A stretch of DNA of 64,000 nucleotides from contig JAWAJB010000002.1 in the NCBI GenBank assembly GCA_038888155.1, positions 64,001 to 128,000 on the forward strand. The letters are read 5' to 3'. A program made the position numbers and the translations under genes. Under the pieces are notes generated by a model, which was not told the DNA's origin, made no database searches, and was given only the letters and a program-made list of their open reading frames with translations. Source of the stretch: Desulfurococcaceae archaeon (GTDB lineage: Archaea; Thermoproteota; Thermoprotei_A; Sulfolobales; Desulfurococcaceae). This document shows positions 20,769-30,562 of the stretch, one piece after another (positions within the stretch are counted from its first letter, which is position 1; the number at the start of each line of letters is the position of its first letter).

Positions 20769-20992
20769 ACCCGGTCTCTGCTTTAACTACTACTCGATTA
20801 TTCAATTATAAGGGTATAAAAAGTGCCATACTACGATGGATCAAACATATTTTAAATATAATTAAATAGAGACAATCACTTAGTTACACATATACAATTT
20901 TATTAAGAATGAAACTAATTTAGCTACATAAATTTAAGAGTAAATAATATATAAGCAGTTCGCACAATACTATTATATTAAAAGATGAGAGC

Positions 20993-21430
20993 ATGAACCC
21001 CAATAGAAAGAGACCTAAAGGGGATTTGAGTGCGCCTGTTTTAGCCATAATCGTTACAGTGGGCATTATTGCAGCTGGGCTAGTTCTTATGGCGTGGTTT
21101 TGGTGGTTTGCTCCCTCAGCCTCTCGGATGAGCGTCATCATAATTGTAGGGCAACCTGCACTTATTTATGGTGGAACGGCTGGTGGCAGTTATAATTACG
21201 TTCTATATATTTCGGTAAAGAACATCGGCAACACACAGGTAGAGGTACGAGACATTATACTTAATGGGACAAGCGCTATTAGTATCTACCCCTCTAGCAT
21301 TAAACTAGGTCAAGAAAGCACTATCATTGAGGCCGAATTTAAGTTTCTCCAGCCTATAAACGTCTCGTACGTTGACTGCGTATTATTAACCGACTCCGGT
21401 GCTTATACATTTAGAGCCATAGTGATCTAG
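20993..21430 (+). CDS. Archaeal type IV pilin
   Basis: Basic leader MNPNRKRPKG/DLS followed by a long hydrophobic helix (class III signal peptide); VKNIGN beta motif. Confidence 0.75.
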   Translation: MNPNRKRPKGDLSAPVLAIIVTVGIIAAGLVLMAWFWWFAPSASRMSVIIIVGQPALIYGGTAGGSYNYVLYISVKNIGNTQVEVRDIILNGTSAISIYPSSIKLGQESTIIEAEFKFLQPINVSYVDCVLLTDSGAYTFRAIVI

Positions 21431-21547
21431 ACTTTGTTAAGCACAATATATAAACTAACCTGGCTCTTAACTCTAAGTCGGTTATAAAGAATATCATGTA
21501 TATGGATGTAACATTTAGATTTTAATACTCAAGAGCATATAAGAAGG

Positions 21548-22024
21548 TTGGCCAAGCGAAGTGATAAATTGGGCATAGAGTATCCCACATTGTCTATTAT
21601 GGCAACCATAGTCTTCTGTATCGTAGTTTTCAATTTGCTATTTTCGTACTTATATGTAGTAAATGAAGTATCCAGGTTACCCAACATAAATGTTCACGTT
21701 AAAGCATTCATTGAAACGCACTCAAATACAACGAAGATAAAATTAGTAATTCAACACGAGCGCGGTAGCCAAACTGCAATAAACTACTTGGTCTTAAAAA
21801 CAGATTTTGGCGATCTCATAGTTTATTTGCCTTCCATGAGCAATGAAACCATCTTCGTTACTTCACTCGGGTTAGAGAATGGTACAACAATATTACCTGG
21901 CAGTACATCCTACATTTTAATCGAATCCGGAGGACGCCTATTCACAGAGAACAAAGACTACGGTGGATTGATTTTCCACGCTAAGGGGGTTGCAGCTTTC
22001 CGTTTTATTGCTGGAATTAGTTAG
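21548..22024 (+). CDS. Putative archaeal pilin-like protein (paralogue of 13901-14359)
   Basis: KLGIEYPTL leader/helix, HERG motif, similar C-terminus to its paralogue. Confidence 0.55.
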   Translation: MAKRSDKLGIEYPTLSIMATIVFCIVVFNLLFSYLYVVNEVSRLPNINVHVKAFIETHSNTTKIKLVIQHERGSQTAINYLVLKTDFGDLIVYLPSMSNETIFVTSLGLENGTTILPGSTSYILIESGGRLFTENKDYGGLIFHAKGVAAFRFIAGIS

Positions 22025-22354
22025 GAGACCCCACTCAAATAGCACTATAAGCCTTGAGGATCTCTTTGATTCCCCAAATAAAATACAGAAGAAGCTCCTT
22101 CTTGGCAATTTAATTTATAAAGGTCTGGGCTACTAATGGGAAACGTTCTCTGTTAATTTCCATAAGCAATTAACTCACGCTCCCCCAATTTTTACGTTAA
22201 TTCAATTAATTTTCTCGCATTAAGCATGTGTTAATATAGAGGAACTGGCTCAAAATAAGCTCTAGTCTCTTCAATATTTGAAACTCGGCTAAGTCTGCCT
22301 TTAAAAGGTACCTGTTTAAAAACCATTGCACAAATTTATCTATTGGGTGATACG

Positions 22355-23404
22355 TTGGACAATTTGTCCAAGCATGTTTATTCATTAATACTGTTTGCGA
22401 TGATATTTTGCGCTCTTACTTCAATTCAAGTGGCTAGCTCGGAGTTCGAGATAGAAATTGTGGACGCGCTTCAACGCCATGTCGAGATACGCTACCCCCT
22501 TAGAAGAGTTATATCGCTCGTGCCATCATTAACAGAGACCCTCGTTGCTTTGGATCTTGATGAATACCTAGTAGGCGTTGACTCTTTTTCTCTTAGCGAC
22601 TGGTTCATTAACACAAGTGAGAGGTTGAAGTCTCGTAACGCAGAAGAAGTGGGTGGATATTGGTGGAGCACTATAAGAGTTGAGAAAATTTTAGAGCTAA
22701 ATCCCGATTTAGTGCTCGCTGACAGCCTAGCCCACAAGCCCCTTTTAGAAGTATTTGAGAGATACAATATAACAGTTTTTTACTTTAGTAATGGTAGAAG
22801 CATTAGTGATGTGTACAGCAACATATACACAGTTGGCTTAATTTTCAATAAGACTGGCGAGGCCCAGAATTTAATAGAGGAGATAGAATATTCTCTTGAA
22901 GCCGCAAGGGAGAAATTAAAGCCATATATGGGGACAAAGGTAATCGTAGTTGTTGATTTCTGGCAGGGTATCTGGGTAGCAGGGAAAGCTACTTACTTAG
23001 ATGACCTTATCGCAAGGATGGGGTTAACGAACGTTGCGCCTGTATATGGCTGGAGTCCTGTTAGCGTTGAGGCCATTTCTAACTGGAACCCAGATGTAAT
23101 AATAATTGCTTGTCCATACGCTACCGAGGATACTGTAGCAAACTCTGGTCTATTAGATCTAAACAGGAAAATAGCTGTCTTAAATTCAACCGAAGTAGAC
23201 ATAATATCAAGACCGGGTCCTACCCTCCTACTAGCCCCTGCAATCCTACATAACTTAATAGCTAGAAATCAACCTTCCTCATTTGAGGTCAAGACGTCAT
23301 CGAACGTATCAATATTAGATACATATGTGAAGTTATTTGCGTTGGCTATTACGTGTGGAGCTATAGGATATTTTATTGGGTTGAAGAGGGGACCCAAACC
23401 TTGA
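22355..23404 (+). CDS. ABC transporter substrate-binding protein, Fe-siderophore/cobalamin (BtuF-like)
   Basis: RVISLVPSLTE, LVGVD, EKILELNPDLV, ISRPGP; N-terminal signal and C-terminal TM anchor; TTG start after GGTGA. Confidence 0.88.
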   Translation: MDNLSKHVYSLILFAMIFCALTSIQVASSEFEIEIVDALQRHVEIRYPLRRVISLVPSLTETLVALDLDEYLVGVDSFSLSDWFINTSERLKSRNAEEVGGYWWSTIRVEKILELNPDLVLADSLAHKPLLEVFERYNITVFYFSNGRSISDVYSNIYTVGLIFNKTGEAQNLIEEIEYSLEAAREKLKPYMGTKVIVVVDFWQGIWVAGKATYLDDLIARMGLTNVAPVYGWSPVSVEAISNWNPDVIIIACPYATEDTVANSGLLDLNRKIAVLNSTEVDIISRPGPTLLLAPAILHNLIARNQPSSFEVKTSSNVSILDTYVKLFALAITCGAIGYFIGLKRGPKP

Positions 23405-24357
23405 TTACAAAGAAAAAGCTAATTTTTTGTTTATTACTTCCCCCATTCACGCTTGCCTTAGTCTACATAACTGTTCACGCTTCTAATGTTCTTCAGGGAG
23501 GGAGCAGCTACGTTCACACCTATAGGCTTTACAGAGCTCTATACTCTTCATTGGCTGGGTGTATATTGGCAATAGCAGGCTGCATTTTACAGTCTGCACT
23601 TAGGAATCCACTTGTAGATCACCACGTCCTAGGGGTGGGTAGCGGGGCTCTCTTCGCATCATACATTTCAATCCTACTGTACAGCTATACCCCCCTTTTG
23701 GCAACTACATTTGCAATTATAGGAGGCCTAATCGCGCTTGCGTTAACAGTCATTATAGCCGAGGGGATTTCCGGTAGCGACGTGGCATATGTACTTTCGG
23801 GGATAAGCGTTACGAGTCTTTTTTCGGGCCTTTCAATTTTCCTATCTTATTACGTCACATCCAGGTACCCTTACGCCGGTTTAATGCTATCTGGCAGTTT
23901 TGTTTTATCTAGACCGGACTATGCACCGTATGTGTCAGCTGCACTAGTGCTGGCGCTATTTGGGTACACAGCTCTCTCCAAGAAACTTAACGTAATTCTC
24001 CTTGGTGATGATCACGCTACTCAACTAGGCGTTAAGCCAAGGCATGTAAGATTTTTTTCCGCATTAATTACGGGTTTGTCCTCGAGCATAATAGTAGCCA
24101 CTTTCGGTTTAATTGGATTTGTCGGGCTGATAACTCCTCATATATCTAGGTTCCTATCAAAGACTAGCGATAATAGAGTAATTGTGCCCATCGCATCATC
24201 GATAGGGGCTTTGTTATTATATGCTGCTGACTTATTTTCAAAGTACGTTGTGGCGCCAGTAGCTGGAGAGGTACCTGCGGGAGCGCTGGTTTCTCTAATT
24301 GGATCGCCATTCTTTCTCTTACTTGTTGTTAAGAGATTTAAGGGGAGAGTCCTTTGA
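23401..24357 (+). CDS. ABC transporter permease, FecCD/BtuC family
   Basis: LQSALRNPLVD..LGVGSGA, LLGDDHATQLG, IGFVGLITPH; TTG start overlapping the upstream stop. Confidence 0.92.
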   Translation: MITKKKLIFCLLLPPFTLALVYITVHASNVLQGGSSYVHTYRLYRALYSSLAGCILAIAGCILQSALRNPLVDHHVLGVGSGALFASYISILLYSYTPLLATTFAIIGGLIALALTVIIAEGISGSDVAYVLSGISVTSLFSGLSIFLSYYVTSRYPYAGLMLSGSFVLSRPDYAPYVSAALVLALFGYTALSKKLNVILLGDDHATQLGVKPRHVRFFSALITGLSSSIIVATFGLIGFVGLITPHISRFLSKTSDNRVIVPIASSIGALLLYAADLFSKYVVAPVAGEVPAGALVSLIGSPFFLLLVVKRFKGRVL

Positions 24358-25148
24358 TCTCAACTGAAAAGCTAAGCGTTATATATAAATCGACGAAACT
24401 CGAAGCCCTCAAAGAGGCGTCTATTTATCTACCGAGAAATAATGTCACTTGCGTGATAGGTCCTAACGCCTCAGGCAAGACAACTCTCCTTAAAGCAATA
24501 GGGGATATCATCGACTATAAGGGGATGATTCTCATCAATAATCAAGATGTGAAGCGCTTGGGCAGGGCTTTGAGGAAAATGCTAGCTTATGCATCTACGG
24601 TTATAAAGGATGATCTCTTGGCAGTAAGGGTAAAAGATCTACTTCTTGCCTCAAGGTACCCTGTTTCTAGAGGCCTATTTGATACCGAAGAAGATTTAGA
24701 AGAAGTTCAAAGAGTGGCTAAGATAATGAGGGTAGAACATCTACTTGACAGGAAGATTGGTGAGCTAAGCTCGGGGGAGCTTCAGAGAGTAGTTGTGGCC
24801 GCAACACTAATTCGGAGACCAAGCATAGTTTTACTAGATGAGCCTGACAGCCACTTAGACATCGCAGCTAAGCCGTGGCTATCGAATCTGTTGAGAGATA
24901 TATCGAAGGAGTGCACTGTTGTAATTACCACGCATGACGTTATTTTTGCACTCAATACATGCGACTATTTCGTAGTCATCTCTAAGGGTAGGGTTATATT
25001 CCAAGGGTATTACGAGGAACTTGTTAAGAGCCCTGCCCCACTCGAGGATGCATATGGAGTTAAATTCATTAGCGCCCGCTCCGGCAGCCGCACTTTATTT
25101 GTTCCCCTATATATTGATCAGCCTACAGAGATTACTAAGCGAGGCTAG
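24354..25148 (+). CDS. ABC transporter ATP-binding protein
   Basis: GPNASGKTT, LSSGELQR, LLDEP, THD. Confidence 0.93.
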   Translation: MISTEKLSVIYKSTKLEALKEASIYLPRNNVTCVIGPNASGKTTLLKAIGDIIDYKGMILINNQDVKRLGRALRKMLAYASTVIKDDLLAVRVKDLLLASRYPVSRGLFDTEEDLEEVQRVAKIMRVEHLLDRKIGELSSGELQRVVVAATLIRRPSIVLLDEPDSHLDIAAKPWLSNLLRDISKECTVVITTHDVIFALNTCDYFVVISKGRVIFQGYYEELVKSPAPLEDAYGVKFISARSGSRTLFVPLYIDQPTEITKRG

Positions 25149-25715
25149 GAGTATGGAGTCATCGGTGTACTTTCTGTAATTCCTCCAGCACAACAATACA
25201 CCATTGGTCCCCTTGATCAGTCCAACAAGTTTTTGGTAGGGCTCAGATAGCTCAATCGGTAGGCCAGGATATTTAAGCTCTCGATCATACAACAAGCCTA
25301 TTGTCTCCACTTTGTTTGGATCCCCCGAAAATATTACTAAGTAATCCCTTAGAACTACTACTTTACTCTCAATTTTTTCAAGTAAGGCTGGATCGAAATA
25401 CCCGTAAAATACAGGTTTACTTTTTAACCAAGGCGCGTTGATTTCTACTATGTTAAAATACTCTAGTAACCCCAATAGGGATATGATGTGATCAGAAGAC
25501 TTGAGCTTATCAATAGCTTCTCGCACAAACCTCTCCCTGTACTCAAGTCTCTTTGATATAGCTGTCCTGCCCAAACCCTCCTTTAATAGTAAACCTATGC
25601 TGATGAGCTCTATGAGCTCCAACCCCATTTCCTTGGCCTCGTTCAAGACCTTCATTAGTTTTGCGCAGTCGATCAAGTCAACCACAAAACAACATACTAA
25701 AATAATTTGCCGCAC
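25107..25715 (-). CDS. Hypothetical protein with N-terminal winged-helix/HTH
   Basis: LGRTAISKRLEYRERFVREAIDKL HTH-like segment; start uncertain, probably later than 25715. Confidence 0.55.
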   Translation of the reverse strand: MRQIILVCCFVVDLIDCAKLMKVLNEAKEMGLELIELISIGLLLKEGLGRTAISKRLEYRERFVREAIDKLKSSDHIISLLGLLEYFNIVEINAPWLKSKPVFYGYFDPALLEKIESKVVVLRDYLVIFSGDPNKVETIGLLYDRELKYPGLPIELSEPYQKLVGLIKGTNGVLLCWRNYRKYTDDSILLASLSNLCRLINI

Positions 25716-25739
25716 TTAGATATATTTCTAGGGGTCTAT

Positions 25740-27089
25740 ATGCGTAGAGTTCCTGTAGCAATGAGCATAGCGGGGAGCGACTCAGGTGGCGGAGCCGGCA
25801 TACAAGCTGACTTAAAGACATTTAGCGCATTGGGAGTATACGGTACAATAGCTATAACTAGCATTACGGCCCAAAATACAAGGGAAGTAACAGCTGTGCA
25901 CGATCTACCTGGTCGATTTGTGTACGAACAAATAAAGACTGTTGTCGAGGACATTGGAGTTGACGCTGCAAAGACTGGGATGCTGAGTAACACAGATATA
26001 ATTAAGAACGTGGCTAGCGCGATAAGGGAATTTAAGATACCTTTAGTCGTAGACCCTGTTATGGTGGCAAAGTCTGGCGCTAAATTACTTCGTGATGATG
26101 CTGTCGAGGCATTGGTAACCGAGCTCTTCCCCTGTGCGTTGGTTGTAACTCCTAACGCCGTTGAAGCTGCGGCTTTAAGCGGGATGGCTGTTTCCTCGAT
26201 AGAGGACGCAGAAAGGGTGGCGAGAGTAATTGCAGAGAAGTATGGACCCAAGTCAGTCGTAGTAAAAGGAGGCCATTTAGGGCATGATAGGGCAGTAGAT
26301 GTCCTTTACTATAAAGGGAGCCTCTATCACTTTGAATCAAGTAGATTAGAGGGCTGTTTCCATGGCGGAGGGTGTAGCTATGCCGCTGCTATAGCAGGCT
26401 ATATTGCCAAGGGACTAGACGTAGTTGACGCTGTAGGTAAAGCCAAGGAATTTATTGTGTATGCAATAAGGCACGGCGTGAGGATAGGCAAGGGACACTG
26501 CCCGGTAAATCCAATGGCGTGGGTGGAAATTCCGGCAGAGAAGTATAGGACCTTGGAAAGCGTGAAGCAAGCCGTCAACCTCCTAATGGAAAATAATTTA
26601 CGCCTTTTGTCGTATATACCTGAAGCCGGTTTAAACATTGTTGAAGCCATTGATGCCAGATATGCCCTAGGTCTCGAAGATGTTGCTGGAGTGAAGGGGA
26701 GGGTAGTAAGAGTAGGCGAGAAACTTATACCCGCAGGCCCTATCGAATTCGGATTATCAAACAACCTATCTCGACTTGTCCTCGAAGTAATGAAATATAA
26801 GCCTGATTATAGGGCTGCTGCGAGCATCAAGTATAGCAAAAATCTAGTTGACCGAGCAATCGAAATGGGATACTCTGCTATTTCTATAGGCGGAGGTCTC
26901 GAGGATCTAGGGCTATCGGAAAATCAAAAGATCAGTTCTCCGTTGATCATCAAGGAAATCCTTCAAAGACACGGCGAAATACCCGACATAATTTATCACA
27001 CTGGAGAAATAGGTACCGAATCCATGCTCATAGTAATTGGCAGAAATGCGGTTGAAGCAATTAACAAGCTCCTCCGCGTGGTTCCTTAG
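25740..27089 (+). CDS. thiD: ThiD-ThiN fusion (HMP/HMP-P kinase plus ThiN domain)
   Basis: IAGSDSGGGAGIQADLKT, DPVMVAKSG, TPN, KGGH, HGGGC; C-terminal ThiN-like IPEAGLN, DVAGVKGR, PDIIY. Confidence 0.92.
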   Translation: MRRVPVAMSIAGSDSGGGAGIQADLKTFSALGVYGTIAITSITAQNTREVTAVHDLPGRFVYEQIKTVVEDIGVDAAKTGMLSNTDIIKNVASAIREFKIPLVVDPVMVAKSGAKLLRDDAVEALVTELFPCALVVTPNAVEAAALSGMAVSSIEDAERVARVIAEKYGPKSVVVKGGHLGHDRAVDVLYYKGSLYHFESSRLEGCFHGGGCSYAAAIAGYIAKGLDVVDAVGKAKEFIVYAIRHGVRIGKGHCPVNPMAWVEIPAEKYRTLESVKQAVNLLMENNLRLLSYIPEAGLNIVEAIDARYALGLEDVAGVKGRVVRVGEKLIPAGPIEFGLSNNLSRLVLEVMKYKPDYRAAASIKYSKNLVDRAIEMGYSAISIGGGLEDLGLSENQKISSPLIIKEILQRHGEIPDIIYHTGEIGTESMLIVIGRNAVEAINKLLRVVP

Positions 27090-27114
27090 CTTTTTTTAAC
27101 ATTTTATCGTATAA

Positions 27115-27414
27115 ATGGATAAAGTGGGTGAAACCGTGAAGAAACTAACTATAGGCGATAAGCCGGTTCACAAACATGTAGGACTTGCGCTTATAATACT
27201 AGGTGTAGTGTTCATATTGCTTGCTGTTGCAGTAGCATATAATTCATTCTATAATTATAGGTTGCCTTTGGTTTCTGGTTCTGATCTCGAGTCGGTCATT
27301 ATCTCAATGATCAATGTTCTCGTGGAGATTGCAATTAGGCTGGGCTTCATCGGTATAATAGTTTGGGCCGGTGGTTTACTGCTGAAACATGGTGTTGCTG
27401 CAATAAGACCTTAG
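27115..27414 (+). CDS. Small membrane protein
   Basis: Two TM helices; first of three tightly spaced ORFs. Confidence 0.6.
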   Translation: MDKVGETVKKLTIGDKPVHKHVGLALIILGVVFILLAVAVAYNSFYNYRLPLVSGSDLESVIISMINVLVEIAIRLGFIGIIVWAGGLLLKHGVAAIRP

Positions 27415-27423
27415 GGGTATATC

Positions 27424-27795
27424 GTGTTCACACTGTTCAAATTCTGGTTTATACTAATGGCAATTGTTATTCCTCTAATGGTCGCAGCTCCGCTCATTGT
27501 GTTTATCGTTGATTTTGCAAGAAGCATCGAATGCCTCAGAGTCAGCAGTGAGGGCGTAAGATTTGTAGATCAGGAAATGGTAGAGGTAAAGCTCGTAGTA
27601 AATTATTGTTCTAGCGCACCAATTAAAAGGCTGACCTTAAATTTTGGGGGTACTAATGTTACATTTGATGACGTAAGAAAGGGGGCAGTAGAGAGAACTC
27701 TTATAATACCACTCAAAGATTTTCAGCGAGGAGTAAAGGAAATAACAGTCGACATTGCGGGCATATATAAGCTATTAGTTAGTTACGGTGGCTAG
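27424..27795 (+). CDS. Membrane-anchored hypothetical protein
   Basis: N-terminal TM followed by a beta-rich domain. Confidence 0.6.
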   Translation: MFTLFKFWFILMAIVIPLMVAAPLIVFIVDFARSIECLRVSSEGVRFVDQEMVEVKLVVNYCSSAPIKRLTLNFGGTNVTFDDVRKGAVERTLIIPLKDFQRGVKEITVDIAGIYKLLVSYGG

Positions 27796-27798
27796 AAC

Positions 27799-28212
27799 TT
27801 GGCCACGCACATTCTAAAAAAGATAATACTAGCTTTTCTCAGTGCCTCAATTTTCTTTACACTGTTCTTGATCCTATCATTTGTAATCAGTTCTCTGCTT
27901 CAAGTGCCAATGTTGGATATTACTCGCGCTGATGTATTGCTGTACTTAGGGTTAGCTGTTTCTCTGAGCATAATAGCGTCAAACGTTAAATTGCCTATAG
28001 CGATTGTATTCGACGCAATTATTGCCTTGCTTTCTTTATTGCTAATTGTTGAGCTAATAGGAGCAGGGCACATTAGGAGTGCCGTTATCTCGGATAGCGC
28101 TAGATTAAATATTGTTTTAGATTGTAAGCCATTATTTGCTATTATGGTAAGCTTTGTTGCGTTTTATACTCTGTTAAAGATATTTAAGAGAATTGTTGAC
28201 TATGAGGATTAG
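27799..28212 (+). CDS. Membrane protein
   Basis: About four TM segments. Confidence 0.6.
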   Translation: MATHILKKIILAFLSASIFFTLFLILSFVISSLLQVPMLDITRADVLLYLGLAVSLSIIASNVKLPIAIVFDAIIALLSLLLIVELIGAGHIRSAVISDSARLNIVLDCKPLFAIMVSFVAFYTLLKIFKRIVDYED

Positions 28213-28279
28213 CTAACAGCCCTAATATCAGTAAAAATATCTTGGAAACATTTTTTACTAGCTTCCTCTTGTAAGATAT

Positions 28280-29272
28280 ATGGTGGTTGTTTTGAAAATA
28301 GGTATATACGGCTTTGGAGCAATTGGCAGATTATTATATAAGTACGCTATTAGTAGAGGGCACGAGGTTGTGTCAGTCGTCGACATTGACGAGAAATTCC
28401 TCGGGAAAGATGCGGGCGAAATATCTGGTATTGGGAGACAAGGCGTCTTGGTGTCGAGCTCTCTCACAGGAATAGAGGAAGCAGATGTTGTAATCCACGC
28501 AACAGGGTCATACCTAGATAAAGTATTTGATCAAATAGTCTCGCTTGTAGAGAGTGGCGTGAACGTGGTTTCTACGTGCGAGACGTTAGCCTACCCCTAC
28601 TACAGATATCCCGTTCTCTCCAAGAGATTAGATGAGCTGTCGAGGGGATACGGAGTAGTAGTTATTGGTACAGGCATAAATCCCGGTCTGTTAATGGACA
28701 CCCTTGTGGTCGCGGTTTCATCTTCTCTTCCCTCAGTAAAGAAGATCAAAGTGGTTAGGAGCCTCGACGCTGCCAAGCGGCGGGAGCCTTTTAGAAGAAA
28801 AATTGGAGTAGGCGAAAAACCAACAATTGTCAAGGAGAGGTTGTTGAAAGGCGAGTTAACGGGGCACGTAGGCTTCGCTGAATCTATTTACTTAATTGCC
28901 CAATCTGGTGATCTAGAGTTGTCCCATGTGGTGGAAGGGCAGGAGCCTGTTGAGGCGAGCGAAGTCGTGGAGTCAAGCAGTATAAGAGTTGAGAGGGGTC
29001 TTAACAAAGGCGTTATTGGGTATGGTGTCGGCTACGTTGGTGAAAATGAACTTATTAGGTTGGAGTTTCACGCATACGTGGGGGCACCCGAATACGAGGA
29101 GATAACAGTTGAAGGTAGAGATGCTACTGTTACGTGGAGAAGTTCAGGCACACCTGGAGATCTCGGGACAGTTTCGATGGTTCTCAACGTAGCCGAGAAA
29201 GTGTTGTATATACCTTATGGGCTAAGGCTAATGACGGAGTTACTACCATTTAGGATAAAGTTTGAGTTATAA
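28280..29272 (+). CDS. DapB-like NAD(P)-dependent dehydrogenase (2,4-diaminopentanoate dehydrogenase / amine dehydrogenase family)
   Basis: GFGAIG, GKDAGE, NVVSTCETL.YP, GTGINPGLLMDTL, GHVGFAES, PGD.GT. Confidence 0.8.
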   Translation: MVVVLKIGIYGFGAIGRLLYKYAISRGHEVVSVVDIDEKFLGKDAGEISGIGRQGVLVSSSLTGIEEADVVIHATGSYLDKVFDQIVSLVESGVNVVSTCETLAYPYYRYPVLSKRLDELSRGYGVVVIGTGINPGLLMDTLVVAVSSSLPSVKKIKVVRSLDAAKRREPFRRKIGVGEKPTIVKERLLKGELTGHVGFAESIYLIAQSGDLELSHVVEGQEPVEASEVVESSSIRVERGLNKGVIGYGVGYVGENELIRLEFHAYVGAPEYEEITVEGRDATVTWRSSGTPGDLGTVSMVLNVAEKVLYIPYGLRLMTELLPFRIKFEL

Positions 29273-29279
29273 AAATGAA

Positions 29280-30410
29280 TTAAGCCTTAGTCCAGAATTC
29301 TTTTTTCCAGTCCGGTTTAATTACTCTTAACAATCCAATTGTTACTATTGGAACAAAGTAAACAGCGAAGAATACCCATGCCATAGTTCCATAGCCTTGA
29401 GCAACGAGAGTTACTAGGCCTACTTGTGCTGTGACGATTGAGACCACGAATATAGTAGCTGAGAGCAGAGCCTCGCCCCTCCTACCTAGGCTCTTGCCGT
29501 GTAGCTTTAATTGCGAGTCAACTCTTCTCACAATTGAGTAAACCATGCCCAGCGCTGTCTCTATTAGCGTGTAGAATATCCAGAAAACGTATATTGCGAG
29601 AGCCCATGGCACTCCAATTGCCTTTAGAATGTCGTATAGGGGCACGGTCCAATTTATTACCTCAGGGTAGAACGCCATGAAGCAAACCCAGAGCGCAACG
29701 GCTGCCCCGTATATAAGGGCAACGCCAATTATCGTTGCAACCAAACTTTCGAATTTACCTTTGTACCTGTCAATTGATTGAAGAGCAGGCATAACTACAC
29801 ATAGGTTGTACATAGTGTACTTGAAGCCGTCTATGATGGCTTCAGTTGGTGTTCCCTGGCTGATGCCGCTTGAGATATTGCTAAGAGCTATAGAGCCTCT
29901 ATTGTACAGTATCACGGCCCATATGATGGCGTACATCACATAAAGACCTATAGTGCCAACTATCCACCATGCCTCTATTGCTCTACGACCATAAAAGTGG
30001 AGGAGGGCTACTACAATTAAAACTATTACAGCGGACAACCAGTAGGGTATTCCAGCTAGATCGGACAGCATGTAGCCGGCAGCAGCTCCAACAATTGCAA
30101 TGACTATCCACGCAAGCACTATAAAGGCAATATCAAATATCCACCAGAATTTCCATAGGAATTGTTTAGCCCACGTCATGTAATCGTAAGCCTTAAAAAC
30201 TCGTGCAACCTCGAACGACGGTATTAAGGCAATTACCAGTGTAATTGCCCCTATCAAGATGGCTATCCAGCCTGTAGAGCCATATTTGGCGATAAACTCT
30301 ATAATTTCCCTCCCACTTCCGTACCCTCCTCCTATCCACACGCTTTGAATGATTATCGATGTTATGGCGGCGTACCAGATCCTCCTCCATATAGATGACT
30401 TATCGGGCAT
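29280..30410 (-). CDS. YkvI-family membrane transporter
   Basis: IGGGYGSGREIIEF N-terminal motif, about 10 TM helices, GLVTLVAQGYG. Confidence 0.8.
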   Translation of the reverse strand: MPDKSSIWRRIWYAAITSIIIQSVWIGGGYGSGREIIEFIAKYGSTGWIAILIGAITLVIALIPSFEVARVFKAYDYMTWAKQFLWKFWWIFDIAFIVLAWIVIAIVGAAAGYMLSDLAGIPYWLSAVIVLIVVALLHFYGRRAIEAWWIVGTIGLYVMYAIIWAVILYNRGSIALSNISSGISQGTPTEAIIDGFKYTMYNLCVVMPALQSIDRYKGKFESLVATIIGVALIYGAAVALWVCFMAFYPEVINWTVPLYDILKAIGVPWALAIYVFWIFYTLIETALGMVYSIVRRVDSQLKLHGKSLGRRGEALLSATIFVVSIVTAQVGLVTLVAQGYGTMAWVFFAVYFVPIVTIGLLRVIKPDWKKEFWTKA

Positions 30411-30562
30411 ATAGACAGCCCCTCGTGGAATTTAAGTAAGGGCAGGTATATATATTTTATTAAGTCTTGAGGTAATAGATTCCCACAAATCTAGTACTCA
30501 AAAATATACGGATCGATTTAACGATATATGGAAAATAAAAAATTGAGACAGCTTAGAAAGAA

